From: an uncultured Candidatus Saccharibacteria bacterium
Lineage (GTDB): Bacteria > Patescibacteriota > Minisyncoccia > Minisyncoccales > Staskawiczbacteraceae
DNA: 64,000 bases
Direction of reading: 5' to 3'
NCBI GenBank assembly: GCA_964479955.1
Contig: CAYZNK010000003.1
Span: 66,329 to 130,328 of the forward strand
The notes beneath the pieces were generated by a model. The model saw only the letters and a program-made list of their open reading frames with translations. It was not told the origin of the DNA and did no database searches. Below, one piece after another: positions 1 to 8,755 of this stretch. Position numbers and translations under genes: made by a program. Within the stretch, counting starts at the first letter, position 1; each line of letters starts with the position of its first letter.

Positions 1-134
1 ATGTGATAGTTATTGTTAGTAAAAAATTGTATAATCAATATAATGGAGTCGCATTATTTAATAGATAGAGATTTAAAAGATGATTATTTTGAGTTAGAAT
101 CATAGTTCCGCAGGGCGGGACACGTATAAATTTT

Positions 135-1196
135 ATGGATTTTAGCATAATTTTCAAATTAAGAAACAAAAAAATTTGGTGGCTTGATTTGATTTTTTAT
201 TTTGCGATGTCTTTGCTGGTGGCAACCGTTCTTTGTTATATTGTTTTTATAATTAAAAATAATATACAAAAACAGCAGATTGCAGAGATAGAAACAGCGA
301 TGCTATCGGTGGGTACGCAAGAACAAAAAGAACAAGAAAGCGAGGTTCTTTTGTATAAAAAAAAGATAAGCGACTTTGCTGATTTGATAAAAAATCACCA
401 GTTTATTTCAAACATTTTTGTTTTTCTGGAAAATGAAACAGTAGTAAATGTCTGGTTTAAACAGTTTAGTTTGGGAGGAAAAAGTGACCAAATACAGCTT
501 ACGGGAGAAGCCGAAGATATGGATGCTTTTAGCAGGCAAACCAACATCTTTGAAAATAACGAATATGTTACAAAATTAGATTCGTTGAGTTCTTCTTTGG
601 GAACTACGGGCGGCGTTGATTTTAACTTAAGCGTATCGGTTGACCCCAAAATATATGCTTATATAGAAAATTCAAAAAATAAGGAAGTTGAGCCGAAGAC
701 GCAGGAAATAACCCCCGTCACAAGCACTATTTCCCAGGTTACGGATTTGACAGAAGATAAAGAGATTAAAGAAGCCGCAGAAACAGAACCTCAGAAAAGC
801 GCCGAAAAATTAATATATTCTTTTGATATTCAGGTGGAACCTGAGATTGTCGGCGCGATAGATTATGAAAATCATGCAATTTTTTTGGATGTGCCGTTTT
901 CTTCAGATATCACCAATCTGATTCCTTCAATAATAATATCTGAAAAGGCAAAAATTTCCCCTGAATCTGGAACACCACAGGATTTTTCCAATACAATTTC
1001 CTATATTGTCACCGCAGAAGACGGCTCGTCTCAAGAATATTTAGTAACAGCGGCAATTACAAAAACAGGGGAAATAGAAAAGGGATTTGTTTCAACGTGG
1101 ATTATAATTTTCTTAGGAATTGCTCTTTTTTCGTTTTTAATAATTGTTATTTTAATAATATTCCTGATTATAAAAAGAAGAATCAAAATAAAATAA
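135..1196 (+). CDS. PilN-like pilus assembly membrane protein with extra C-terminal domain and C-terminal TM anchor (tentative)
   Basis: The ORF has an N-terminal TM helix, a Q/E-rich coiled-coil-like segment and a beta-rich region, as in PilN-type proteins. It lies directly upstream of a PilO-like ORF and pilB. The extra C-terminal domain and the terminal hydrophobic helix (WIIIFLGIALFSFLIIVILIIFLII) are atypical for PilN. Confidence 0.4.
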   Translation: MDFSIIFKLRNKKIWWLDLIFYFAMSLLVATVLCYIVFIIKNNIQKQQIAEIETAMLSVGTQEQKEQESEVLLYKKKISDFADLIKNHQFISNIFVFLENETVVNVWFKQFSLGGKSDQIQLTGEAEDMDAFSRQTNIFENNEYVTKLDSLSSSLGTTGGVDFNLSVSVDPKIYAYIENSKNKEVEPKTQEITPVTSTISQVTDLTEDKEIKEAAETEPQKSAEKLIYSFDIQVEPEIVGAIDYENHAIFLDVPFSSDITNLIPSIIISEKAKISPESGTPQDFSNTISYIVTAEDGSSQEYLVTAAITKTGEIEKGFVSTWIIIFLGIALFSFLIIVILIIFLIIKRRIKIK

Positions 1197-1199
1197 TCT

Positions 1200-1751
1200 A
1201 TGCATATTGATAAACCAATTATTATTGTCTTAACAATATTTATCATTTTACTTTTGATTTTCTTTTTAGTTTCCCCGGAGTACAGAAATTTTAAGACTCT
1301 GCAATTGGAATTAGGAGTAAAAAAAGCAGAATACAACGCAGAATACGAATATTATTCCCAAATAACTCAAAATTATTATAATATTCAAAACAATTCAGAA
1401 AAAATTAAAAAAATTGATATTGCTTTGCCATCAGACCCTGTTTTAGGAGACTTGGTTTATTATGTGCAGGATGAAGCTTTAAAAAACGGTCTCATATTAA
1501 AAAGCATATTTTTAACAAAAGTCCCCTCTGCTTCTGATGAAGAAAAGATAAAAGATATAGGGTTTTCTTTAAGTCTACTTGGGAATTATAAAGCATTAGA
1601 AAGTTTCCTGAATTCATTGGAAAAATCATCCCGATTGTTTGAAATAAACGGCATTTCATTTGGCGCTGGAAGTGGTTCAAGCCAGTCAACGCAGTTTCAG
1701 TCTCAGGATGTCTTTCAATTCAGCATGCAAATAACAACACACGCATATTAA
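1200..1751 (+). CDS. PilO-like pilus assembly protein (tentative)
   Basis: The ORF starts 4 nt after the previous stop. It has a single N-terminal TM helix, a coiled-coil segment and a C-terminal alpha/beta region (LGNYKALESFLNSLEKSSRLFEINGISF), which is typical of PilO. It sits in the pilus operon. Confidence 0.45.
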   Translation: MHIDKPIIIVLTIFIILLLIFFLVSPEYRNFKTLQLELGVKKAEYNAEYEYYSQITQNYYNIQNNSEKIKKIDIALPSDPVLGDLVYYVQDEALKNGLILKSIFLTKVPSASDEEKIKDIGFSLSLLGNYKALESFLNSLEKSSRLFEINGISFGAGSGSSQSTQFQSQDVFQFSMQITTHAY

Positions 1752-1759
1752 AAAATAAA

Positions 1760-2197
1760 ATGGCAGTAGTTTTTATATCTCCAAAACAAAAGCAAAAAAT
1801 GTTTTTAACCGGCATTATTTCCGGAGTTACTTTGATTTTTATTATTGTTGCTCTTCTTATAATGTTTTCAAAGCCAAAAGAGACTTATAATGAGTTTATG
1901 TTTAATAAACCTAAGGTTACTATTGATTTTTCTGTTTTTGATTCAGAACAATTTAAGAATTTAGAGCCATTTTCAGGGCTGAAGATACAATTTTTTTACA
2001 AAGCACGGATAAACAACGAAGAAAAAGAAGGAATGATTTCTGCCGGGTCTATAGAAGATGCTAAAAAAGAATTGGAAGATTTAGGATACACTGTAATTCT
2101 TATTGAAGAAACAGAAATCGGTCGAGATAATCCGTTTGAGGATTATGACAGCTCTCTGCCAGTGGAATTGCAGGAGCTTCTTGAAATAAGCGAATAA
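1760..2197 (+). CDS. small TM-anchored protein with a GspF/PilC N-terminal-like motif
   Basis: It has an N-terminal TM helix. The C-terminal segment FFYKARINNEEKEGMISAGSIEDAKKELEDLGYTVILIEE resembles the start of PilC in this window (YIYQARSKEGKLETGTVEASTKEAAAFLLQKYNIFVTSIKEE). Confidence 0.3.
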   Translation: MAVVFISPKQKQKMFLTGIISGVTLIFIIVALLIMFSKPKETYNEFMFNKPKVTIDFSVFDSEQFKNLEPFSGLKIQFFYKARINNEEKEGMISAGSIEDAKKELEDLGYTVILIEETEIGRDNPFEDYDSSLPVELQELLEISE

Positions 2198-2241
2198 ATT
2201 TTAATATAAAATTAGAAATTAAAATTTAAAAATTTCGTTAT

Positions 2242-3966
2242 ATGGTTTTACTGCAAGAATTATACGCAAACGGAATACTTTCTGACAGTAGAAAAGAAGA
2301 ACTGGAAAAGGAAATTTTGAGTACCGGAAAAAAAGAAGAAGAGGTTATTTTAGGCCAAAAGATTATATCAGAGGCTGCTTTGTTTGAGCTGAAAAGCAGA
2401 GTTTTAAGGATACCGCTAAAAAAGATCAAGCCAGAAGACATATCTTCTGATGCTTTAGAATTGATTCCCGAAGAAGCATCTGCTAATTACAAAATGATTT
2501 CTTTTTCCAAAGCAGAAAATTTTGTTCAGGTGGCAATGGTTTATCCTGAAGATATATCTGCCCAAAACGCACTTAGGTTTTTGGCAAGTCAGGAAAAATT
2601 TAATTATCAGGTTTACTTGATAACCCCTGAGAATTTTAGTGAATTGCAAAAACAAAGAAAAACAATAGGGAGGGAAGCTCAAAAAGTCTTGGAGGAATTA
2701 AGCAAGGAAAAAGAAGATATTTTGGGAACTTTAAGCCAGAAAATATCTGCAGCGGAGGTTATAACAGACGACGCTCCGATTATAAAAATGGTTTTGGCAA
2801 TAGTAAGGCACGCCATTGAGGGCAAGGCGTCTGACATACATATAGAGCCAGGACGAGAGAAATTAAATGTAAGGTTTAGGATAAACGGAGTTTTAAAATC
2901 AGACCTTTTGCTTCCATTAAAAGTGCATCCCTCCATTGCTGCCAGAATAAAGATTTTATCAGGATTAAAAATAGATGAGAACAGGATTCCGCAAGATGGA
3001 AGATTTTCAGCGAGAATAAATGACAGGGACTTAGATTTTAGGGTTGCGACTTTTCCAACTCTTTATGGAGAAAAAATTGAGCTCAGGGTATTGGATCCGT
3101 CCGCAGGATCAAAAACTTTTGATGATTTAGGTCTAACTGGAAAAAATTTAGAATTGGTAAAAGAAGCAATAAAAAAACCTTATGGATTAATCCTGTTTAC
3201 GGGTCCTACTGGCTCAGGAAAAACAACAACCCAGTATGCAATATTGAGAATTTTAAATCAAGAAGGAGTTAATATAGTGACTGTTGAAGACCCTATTGAA
3301 TATTCCATATCAGGGATAAATCAGTCTCAAATAAGACCGGAAATTGGTTATACATTTGCCAGTGGACTCCGTCAAATTTTAAGGCAAGATCCCAATATAA
3401 TTATGGTTGGAGAAGTTCGAGACGAAGAAACAGCAAGTCTTGTTATGAACGCCGCCTTGACGGGGCACGTTGTCCTTTCTACGTTGCATACTAATTCTTC
3501 TGTCGGGGTTGTTGCTAGATTGATGGATATGGGGGTAAGGTCTTTTTTGATTCCTTCAACATTAAGAATTGTAATTTCTCAAAGGCTTGTAAGGACTTTA
3601 TGCAGTAATTGCAAGATAAAAACAAAACCAAGCCTCAAAGTAAAAGATTTTATTTTAGACAAGATTAAAGACCTTCCAGAGCATGCAAAAGCAAACCTTA
3701 AACTTCCCGACCCTTTGTTTATATACTCGGCAAAAGGTTGCGACCAATGCAAAAATACCGGATATTCGGGCAGAGCAGGCTTGTTTGAAGTTTTTTCCAT
3801 GAATGATCAAATTGCCCAATTGATTCTCAAAGACCCTACGGAACAGTCAATTTTTAGAGAAGCAGTAAAACAGGGGATGGTTACAATGGAGCAGGAGGGA
3901 ATATTAAAAGTTTTATCCGGCCAGACAACTATGGAAGAGATAACCCGTGTTACAACCGAAAGATAG
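2242..3966 (+). CDS. pilB: type IV pilus assembly ATPase PilB (GspE family)
   Basis: The 574-aa ORF has Walker A GPTGSGKTTT, a VGEVRDEETA Asp box, a LSTLHTN His box and a tetracysteine motif (CSNC...CDQC). Confidence 0.9.
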   Translation: MVLLQELYANGILSDSRKEELEKEILSTGKKEEEVILGQKIISEAALFELKSRVLRIPLKKIKPEDISSDALELIPEEASANYKMISFSKAENFVQVAMVYPEDISAQNALRFLASQEKFNYQVYLITPENFSELQKQRKTIGREAQKVLEELSKEKEDILGTLSQKISAAEVITDDAPIIKMVLAIVRHAIEGKASDIHIEPGREKLNVRFRINGVLKSDLLLPLKVHPSIAARIKILSGLKIDENRIPQDGRFSARINDRDLDFRVATFPTLYGEKIELRVLDPSAGSKTFDDLGLTGKNLELVKEAIKKPYGLILFTGPTGSGKTTTQYAILRILNQEGVNIVTVEDPIEYSISGINQSQIRPEIGYTFASGLRQILRQDPNIIMVGEVRDEETASLVMNAALTGHVVLSTLHTNSSVGVVARLMDMGVRSFLIPSTLRIVISQRLVRTLCSNCKIKTKPSLKVKDFILDKIKDLPEHAKANLKLPDPLFIYSAKGCDQCKNTGYSGRAGLFEVFSMNDQIAQLILKDPTEQSIFREAVKQGMVTMEQEGILKVLSGQTTMEEITRVTTER

Positions 3967-4098
3967 CAAAACGAATTTCTAATTCCTGCCTGTGGCGGGC
4001 AGGTTCATTAAATTCTTAATGAAATAACTTATAAATACTTAGAAATTGAGACATGGATATTTAATAGAAATTAATAATTAGAAATTAAATAAAAAGTA

Positions 4099-5163
4099 AT
4101 GGATTATTTATCATATTTTAAAAAGATTTTAGAGATAGCTGTTAAACAAGAAGCTTCTGATATAGATATTTCAGTGAACTATGTTCCGCACATAAGAATT
4201 ACCGGCCAGCTTGTGCCCCTAGGTCAAGAGAAAACAATTTTGCCAAAAGATTCTGAGGGCCTTGCTTTTGCAATAATGTCAGAAGAGCAGAAAAATAAAT
4301 TTTTAAAAGAAAAAGAAATAGATTTTTCTTACGAATTTGAAGACAAAGGCAGATTCAGGGTTAATATTTTTTACCAGCGCGGTAGTATAAGCCTGGCTTT
4401 AAGATTTGTACCCTCTAAAATCAGAACTATTGAAGAATTAAACCTTCCACAGATTTTGCACGAATTCACTTCAAGGCCGCAAGGACTTGTTTTGGTGACA
4501 GGCGCTTCAAGTCAGGGAAAATCAACAACCCTTGCCGCTATTTTGGATGAAATAAACCATACAAGGCCCGTGCATATAATAACAATTGAAGACCCGATAG
4601 AATACACATACCCTGTGAGCAGAGCAATAGTTGACCAAAGGGAAGTCGGAATAGATACACTTTCTTTTCCAAGGGCATTAAGAGAGGTTTTGCGGCAAAA
4701 TCCGGATGTTATAATGGTTGGAGAGATGAGGGACTTGGAAACTATTTCAACTGCAATAACGGCAGCTGAAACCGGGCATTTGGTTTTTGCCACTTTACAT
4801 ACAAACGGAGCGGCTCAGGCAATTCATAGAATGGTTGACGTTTTTTCTGCTGAACAGCAAAACCAGATAAGGCTTCAGTTGGCGTCTTCTTTGCTGGGTA
4901 TAGTTTCGCAAAGGCTTATACCAAGAATCCAGGGAGGGTTTATTCCTGTTTGCGAAGTCATGCTTTGTAATAACGCAATTTCAACCTTGATAAGGGAAAA
5001 CAAAACCCACGAAATTGCAGCTGTTATAGAAACATCTTCAAAAGAAGGAATGATTTCTTTAAGCAGGGCATTGGTTGACTTAGTGAGAAGAAAAGAAATA
5101 TCCCTGAAAAATGCAACAGATTACGCGCTGGACCCTAACGAAGTAAAAAACCTATTACGTTAA
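4099..5163 (+). CDS. pilT: twitching motility/retraction ATPase PilT
   Basis: The 354-aa ORF has Walker A GASSQGKST and the motifs ITIEDPIEY, MVGEMRDLETI and FATLHTN. The size is typical of PilT. Confidence 0.9.
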   Translation: MDYLSYFKKILEIAVKQEASDIDISVNYVPHIRITGQLVPLGQEKTILPKDSEGLAFAIMSEEQKNKFLKEKEIDFSYEFEDKGRFRVNIFYQRGSISLALRFVPSKIRTIEELNLPQILHEFTSRPQGLVLVTGASSQGKSTTLAAILDEINHTRPVHIITIEDPIEYTYPVSRAIVDQREVGIDTLSFPRALREVLRQNPDVIMVGEMRDLETISTAITAAETGHLVFATLHTNGAAQAIHRMVDVFSAEQQNQIRLQLASSLLGIVSQRLIPRIQGGFIPVCEVMLCNNAISTLIRENKTHEIAAVIETSSKEGMISLSRALVDLVRRKEISLKNATDYALDPNEVKNLLR

Positions 5164-5296
5164 TTATCAATTATCAATTTTCAATTATCAACCAATTTCA
5201 AAATTATCCAATTATCAAACAATGGCATTATTGTCATTGATAATTGATAAATTGATAATTTATTGAAGATTGGCTATTGAAAATTGAAAATTCGTA

Positions 5297-6505
5297 ATGA
5301 AATATATTTATCAGGCAAGGTCAAAAGAAGGAAAGCTTGAAACTGGAACAGTTGAAGCTTCTACAAAAGAAGCGGCGGCTTTTCTTTTGCAGAAATACAA
5401 CATTTTTGTAACATCAATAAAGGAAGAGAAGATATCTTTTGACAAGCTTAAGAATATGCCCCTTTTCGAAAAGGTTTCAAAAAAGGATTTGGCAATATTT
5501 TCAAGGCAGTTGGCTGTTTTAATGGAGTCTAGGGTACCGGTGACACAAGGATTAAAATCTTTAGCTCTTCAGACAAAAAAACAGGGGTTTAAAGAAAAAA
5601 TAATAAAAATATCCCAATTGGTTGAAGAAGGAAACCCCTTATCCGCTGCATTTGGTGAATATCCGGAAGTTTTTAATATTTTCTTTATAAGCTTGGTGAA
5701 GACAGGGGAAGCGTCGGGTAAAATTTCGGAAACCCTTTATTATATATCAGACCATTTGGAAAGAGAGGCGGACATATCTGCAAAAATAAAAGGGGCCATG
5801 ATATATCCGGCATTCGTCATCGGCGTTTTATTTGTTGTTATTCTGGTGATTATGTTTTTTGTAATGCCGAGAATAACGACTCTCTTAAAAGAAACAACAA
5901 ACGAACCGCCCATGATGACCAAAATAATGATAAGTTTCTATGAATTTTTATTTCATTACGGATGGGTGTTAGTTGTGGCTTTTTTTTCGTTAATTGTTTT
6001 TATAATTTATTATATGACAACCAAAGCAGGGAAAAAAACTTATGATAAAATTTTATTAAAATTGCCGGTTTTAAAAGATTTTTTTAAAAAAATCTTTCTT
6101 ATTAGGTTTGCAGAAAATATTGCAACTTTAATTTCAGCCGGCCTTTCAATAAATAATGCGCTTAAAATAACAAAAGATACTGTGGATAATGTGGTTTACA
6201 AAGAGATTATTTCTGAGATAGAAAAAAAGGTTTCAGAGGGAGAAAAAATGAGTTCGGTTTTGGCAAAGTATCCAGAATATGCCCCGCCTTTTGTGGTGCA
6301 AATGATACAGGTGGGTGAAGACACTGGAAAATTAGATAAAAATTTGAACGAAATAGTTAATTTTTTTCAAAAAGAAGTTGCAAGAACGGTTGAGGTATTC
6401 ACAGCTCTTTTGGAGCCGATTTTAATAATTGTTTTGGGTATTATTGTTGCATTGATGGCAGTTACCATTTTAGAGCCATTATACGGGTCATTAAGCGCGA
6501 TTTAA
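5297..6505 (+). CDS. pilC: type IV pilus platform protein PilC (GspF family)
   Basis: The 402-aa ORF has two T2SF-type repeats with three TM segments. Motifs include FSRQLAVLMESRVPV and FVVQMIQVGEDTGKLD. Confidence 0.9.
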   Translation: MKYIYQARSKEGKLETGTVEASTKEAAAFLLQKYNIFVTSIKEEKISFDKLKNMPLFEKVSKKDLAIFSRQLAVLMESRVPVTQGLKSLALQTKKQGFKEKIIKISQLVEEGNPLSAAFGEYPEVFNIFFISLVKTGEASGKISETLYYISDHLEREADISAKIKGAMIYPAFVIGVLFVVILVIMFFVMPRITTLLKETTNEPPMMTKIMISFYEFLFHYGWVLVVAFFSLIVFIIYYMTTKAGKKTYDKILLKLPVLKDFFKKIFLIRFAENIATLISAGLSINNALKITKDTVDNVVYKEIISEIEKKVSEGEKMSSVLAKYPEYAPPFVVQMIQVGEDTGKLDKNLNEIVNFFQKEVARTVEVFTALLEPILIIVLGIIVALMAVTILEPLYGSLSAI

Positions 6506-7024
6506 ATGTTTTTAAGCAGCAAAAAAATAATTAAACGTTGGCATTACATTGGACTGTTTATTTTATTGTTTGGCTTATTAAGATATTTTTTTGATTATGA
6601 TTTATCTAAAAATAGCAACATGTGGGATTTTTTTTGGGTGTGCCACATAACTTCAGTTTTAGCTGGAATTATTATTTTGTCCCGCGATAAATTTTTAATA
6701 TCAGGAGTTTTAGTGTGGATAATATTGGGTCCATTATTAGCTATTCTTTTTAATATAAATGGAGTTTTGTCTTTAACTGGGTTTCATCATATAACAACTG
6801 CGCTGGCTTTGCCTGTAATATTGTTTTATTATAAAGAAACATGGAGCTCTGAAGGATTTGCATTCGGAGTAATAAGTTTCTATGCCTATATGTCAATAAC
6901 TGCAAACCTAAGCGATGGAGCAATAAATTTATTAAATAATATGCCCTTGTGGGTAGGCTTGTTTTTAGCTATGGTTTCTTTGTTGATGATTTTTCAAAAT
7001 AAGTTCCTTAAATATCAAATATAA
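6506..7024 (+). CDS. polytopic membrane protein of unknown function in the pilus operon
   Basis: The start ATG abuts the pilC stop (TAAATG). The ORF has about 5 hydrophobic segments. I recognise no family. Confidence 0.45.
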   Translation: MFLSSKKIIKRWHYIGLFILLFGLLRYFFDYDLSKNSNMWDFFWVCHITSVLAGIIILSRDKFLISGVLVWIILGPLLAILFNINGVLSLTGFHHITTALALPVILFYYKETWSSEGFAFGVISFYAYMSITANLSDGAINLLNNMPLWVGLFLAMVSLLMIFQNKFLKYQI

Positions 7025-7037
7025 AAATTAACTGTTT

Positions 7038-7517
7038 ATGAAAAATATCTTAGAAAAATCAAGGATTTATTTATACCAAGCCGGTTTTACGGTTATAGAA
7101 TTGGTTGTAGTTGTTGCAATAATGGCTGTTTTATCCACGATTGTTGCAGCTAATATTATGTCATATTTATCTAAAGGAAAAGATGCGGCCATAAAAGGAA
7201 ATATGCATTCTATTGCCAGTAGCGCCACTGTATTTTTCGATAAAGAAAAAGAATGGAATAATGTTTTTAATCCGGTAAATAACCCTTCCATACTTGTAGT
7301 TATGGATGCCATTAATAAAATAACAGCCCCAAATGCGGTGTGGCGCCGTTTAAGTTCCGATAATTCATCTTGGTGTGTTTGCTCTTTTCTTACGCAGATA
7401 GTTGGTGCTTCGGGGACGTCAAACACATATTGTATTGATAGTTCAGGTTATAGAAAAGAAACCACAAATCATTGTTCTCTTCGTTGTACAAATACCACCG
7501 GGTCTTGTTTAGATTAA
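7038..7517 (+). CDS. type IV pilin (paralog 1)
   Basis: It carries the prepilin leader and class III signal QAG/FTVIELVVVVAIMAVL. It has the C-terminal Cys-containing motif WCVC...TYCIDSSGYRKET shared with the two following pilins. Confidence 0.8.
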   Translation: MKNILEKSRIYLYQAGFTVIELVVVVAIMAVLSTIVAANIMSYLSKGKDAAIKGNMHSIASSATVFFDKEKEWNNVFNPVNNPSILVVMDAINKITAPNAVWRRLSSDNSSWCVCSFLTQIVGASGTSNTYCIDSSGYRKETTNHCSLRCTNTTGSCLD

Positions 7518-7540
7518 ATGCAAATTGGTATAATAAAAAT

Positions 7541-7987
7541 ATGCAAAACAGGAAAAAAGGTTTTAAAAATACACTTTTGGCAGGTTTTACATTTATTGAA
7601 TTATTGGTAGCAGTTGCGATAATCGCAGTTTTATCGGCTATAATTTTGTTTACAATCATTCAATATATAGATAAGGGAAAAGACGCAAATGTGAAGGGAA
7701 ATTTGGCAGTTTTAATTTCGTCGGGAGAGGTTTATTATAATAGTAATCAAAATATAAACGGGACAGGATATGACGGATATTGCGATTCAAGCGTTGTTGC
7801 AACAGCCCAAAGCGAAATTCCAAAACATGAAGATATTGGGATTTATTGTTCAGATAATAAAAGCGAATGGGCCGCATGCGCCCAGTTGTTTCTGGATGAC
7901 AGATATGCATATTGCGTTGATAGTAGGGGAGTAAAAAAGGAAATTGACAACGATGACTGTGTAGCAGATATGGTGCAATGCCCCTAA
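7541..7987 (+). CDS. type IV pilin (paralog 2)
   Basis: The track ORF is 7472..7987. I prefer the internal ATG at 7541, which gives MQNRKKGFKNTLLAG/FTFIELLVAVAIIAVL. The C-terminal motif is WAACAQL...AYCVDSRG. Confidence 0.8.
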   Translation: MQNRKKGFKNTLLAGFTFIELLVAVAIIAVLSAIILFTIIQYIDKGKDANVKGNLAVLISSGEVYYNSNQNINGTGYDGYCDSSVVATAQSEIPKHEDIGIYCSDNKSEWAACAQLFLDDRYAYCVDSRGVKKEIDNDDCVADMVQCP

Positions 7988-8222
7988 TTGCTTTACCTGT
8001 GGATTTCTTATTTGATATTTTTTCTGGATAATTTATAATAAGATAAGTGCAATATTATTTATATTTTAAAGGTCGGCTCCAAAGAAAGAATAATTCAACA
8101 ATAAAAAAAATTCGTCTCCGCCAGTTGGCGGACGGCGGGAAAAATAATTAATAACGGACAAGTTTTTGCTATTTGCAATTTAAAGAGCAATATAGCTATT
8201 AATTGTTCGTTTAGTTTAAATC

Positions 8223-8660
8223 ATGCAAAGACAAAAAGGTTTTACAATTATTGAATTGATTGTGGTTATAGCAATTATTGCTGTCTTGGCTACAATCGTG
8301 ATGGTAAACGTTGTCCAATACATTGGAAAATCAAAGGACGCTGCAATAAAGGGGAACATGCAAACAATTGCAAGCACTGCGGCTGGAATTTTTGATACAT
8401 ATAAAGCATATAATAACGGAGCAACAACTTCTGCAGTAGGAAATCCGACAGCAGCAAATGCGATAGCCCAGATAAACACCCTGAGCAGTAATGCGACCAA
8501 TACAGCTGCTCATAATAATAGTTCAAACTGGTGTGTTTGCGCTCAGCTTACAGGAAATTCCGCCAATACGTATTGCGTTGACAGCACAGGATACAAGAAT
8601 GAAACAGCAACAGCTTGCGGAACCAGATGCAGCGCCACATCACAAGCCTGTGCAAACTAA
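8223..8660 (+). CDS. type IV pilin (paralog 3, likely major pilin)
   Basis: It has a short leader, MQRQKG/FTIIELIVVIAIIAVL. The C-terminal motif is WCVCAQL...TYCVDSTGYKNET. A strong hairpin terminator follows. Confidence 0.85.
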   Translation: MQRQKGFTIIELIVVIAIIAVLATIVMVNVVQYIGKSKDAAIKGNMQTIASTAAGIFDTYKAYNNGATTSAVGNPTAANAIAQINTLSSNATNTAAHNNSSNWCVCAQLTGNSANTYCVDSTGYKNETATACGTRCSATSQACAN

Positions 8661-8669
8661 AATTTAAGG

Positions 8670-8712
8670 CCAAACAGAAACCCCTCTTTTTATGTGCGGG
8701 GTTTTTGTTTGG
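8670..8712 (+). terminator. intrinsic terminator after pilin 3
   Basis: CCAAACAGAAACCCC (8670-8684) pairs with GGGGTTTTTGTTTGG (8698-8712) as a 15-bp stem with 1 mismatch. The 3' side is T-rich. Confidence 0.7.
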
Positions 8713-8755
8713 CTGGTTTGCATAAAAACGTTTTTGCAGTTATCATAAATTTAAT

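Noticed and set aside
5161-5296. I considered whether the low-complexity repeat regions (5161-5296, 19004-19100, 46464-46547, 46850-46960, 58097-58228, 58794-58848) are CRISPR arrays.
   Set aside because: The units are only ~8-14 nt and imperfect. They are arranged as complementary left and right arms rather than as direct repeats separated by unique spacers. No cas genes are present.
8112-8135. Hairpin CGTCTCCGCC-AGTT-GGCGGACGG upstream of pilin 3 as a terminator for pilin 2.
   Set aside because: The stem is good, but there is no T tract on the plus strand. The T tract is on the opposite strand, where there is no gene. It belongs to the recurrent TCCGCC...GGCGGA small-hairpin family, and its function is unclear.
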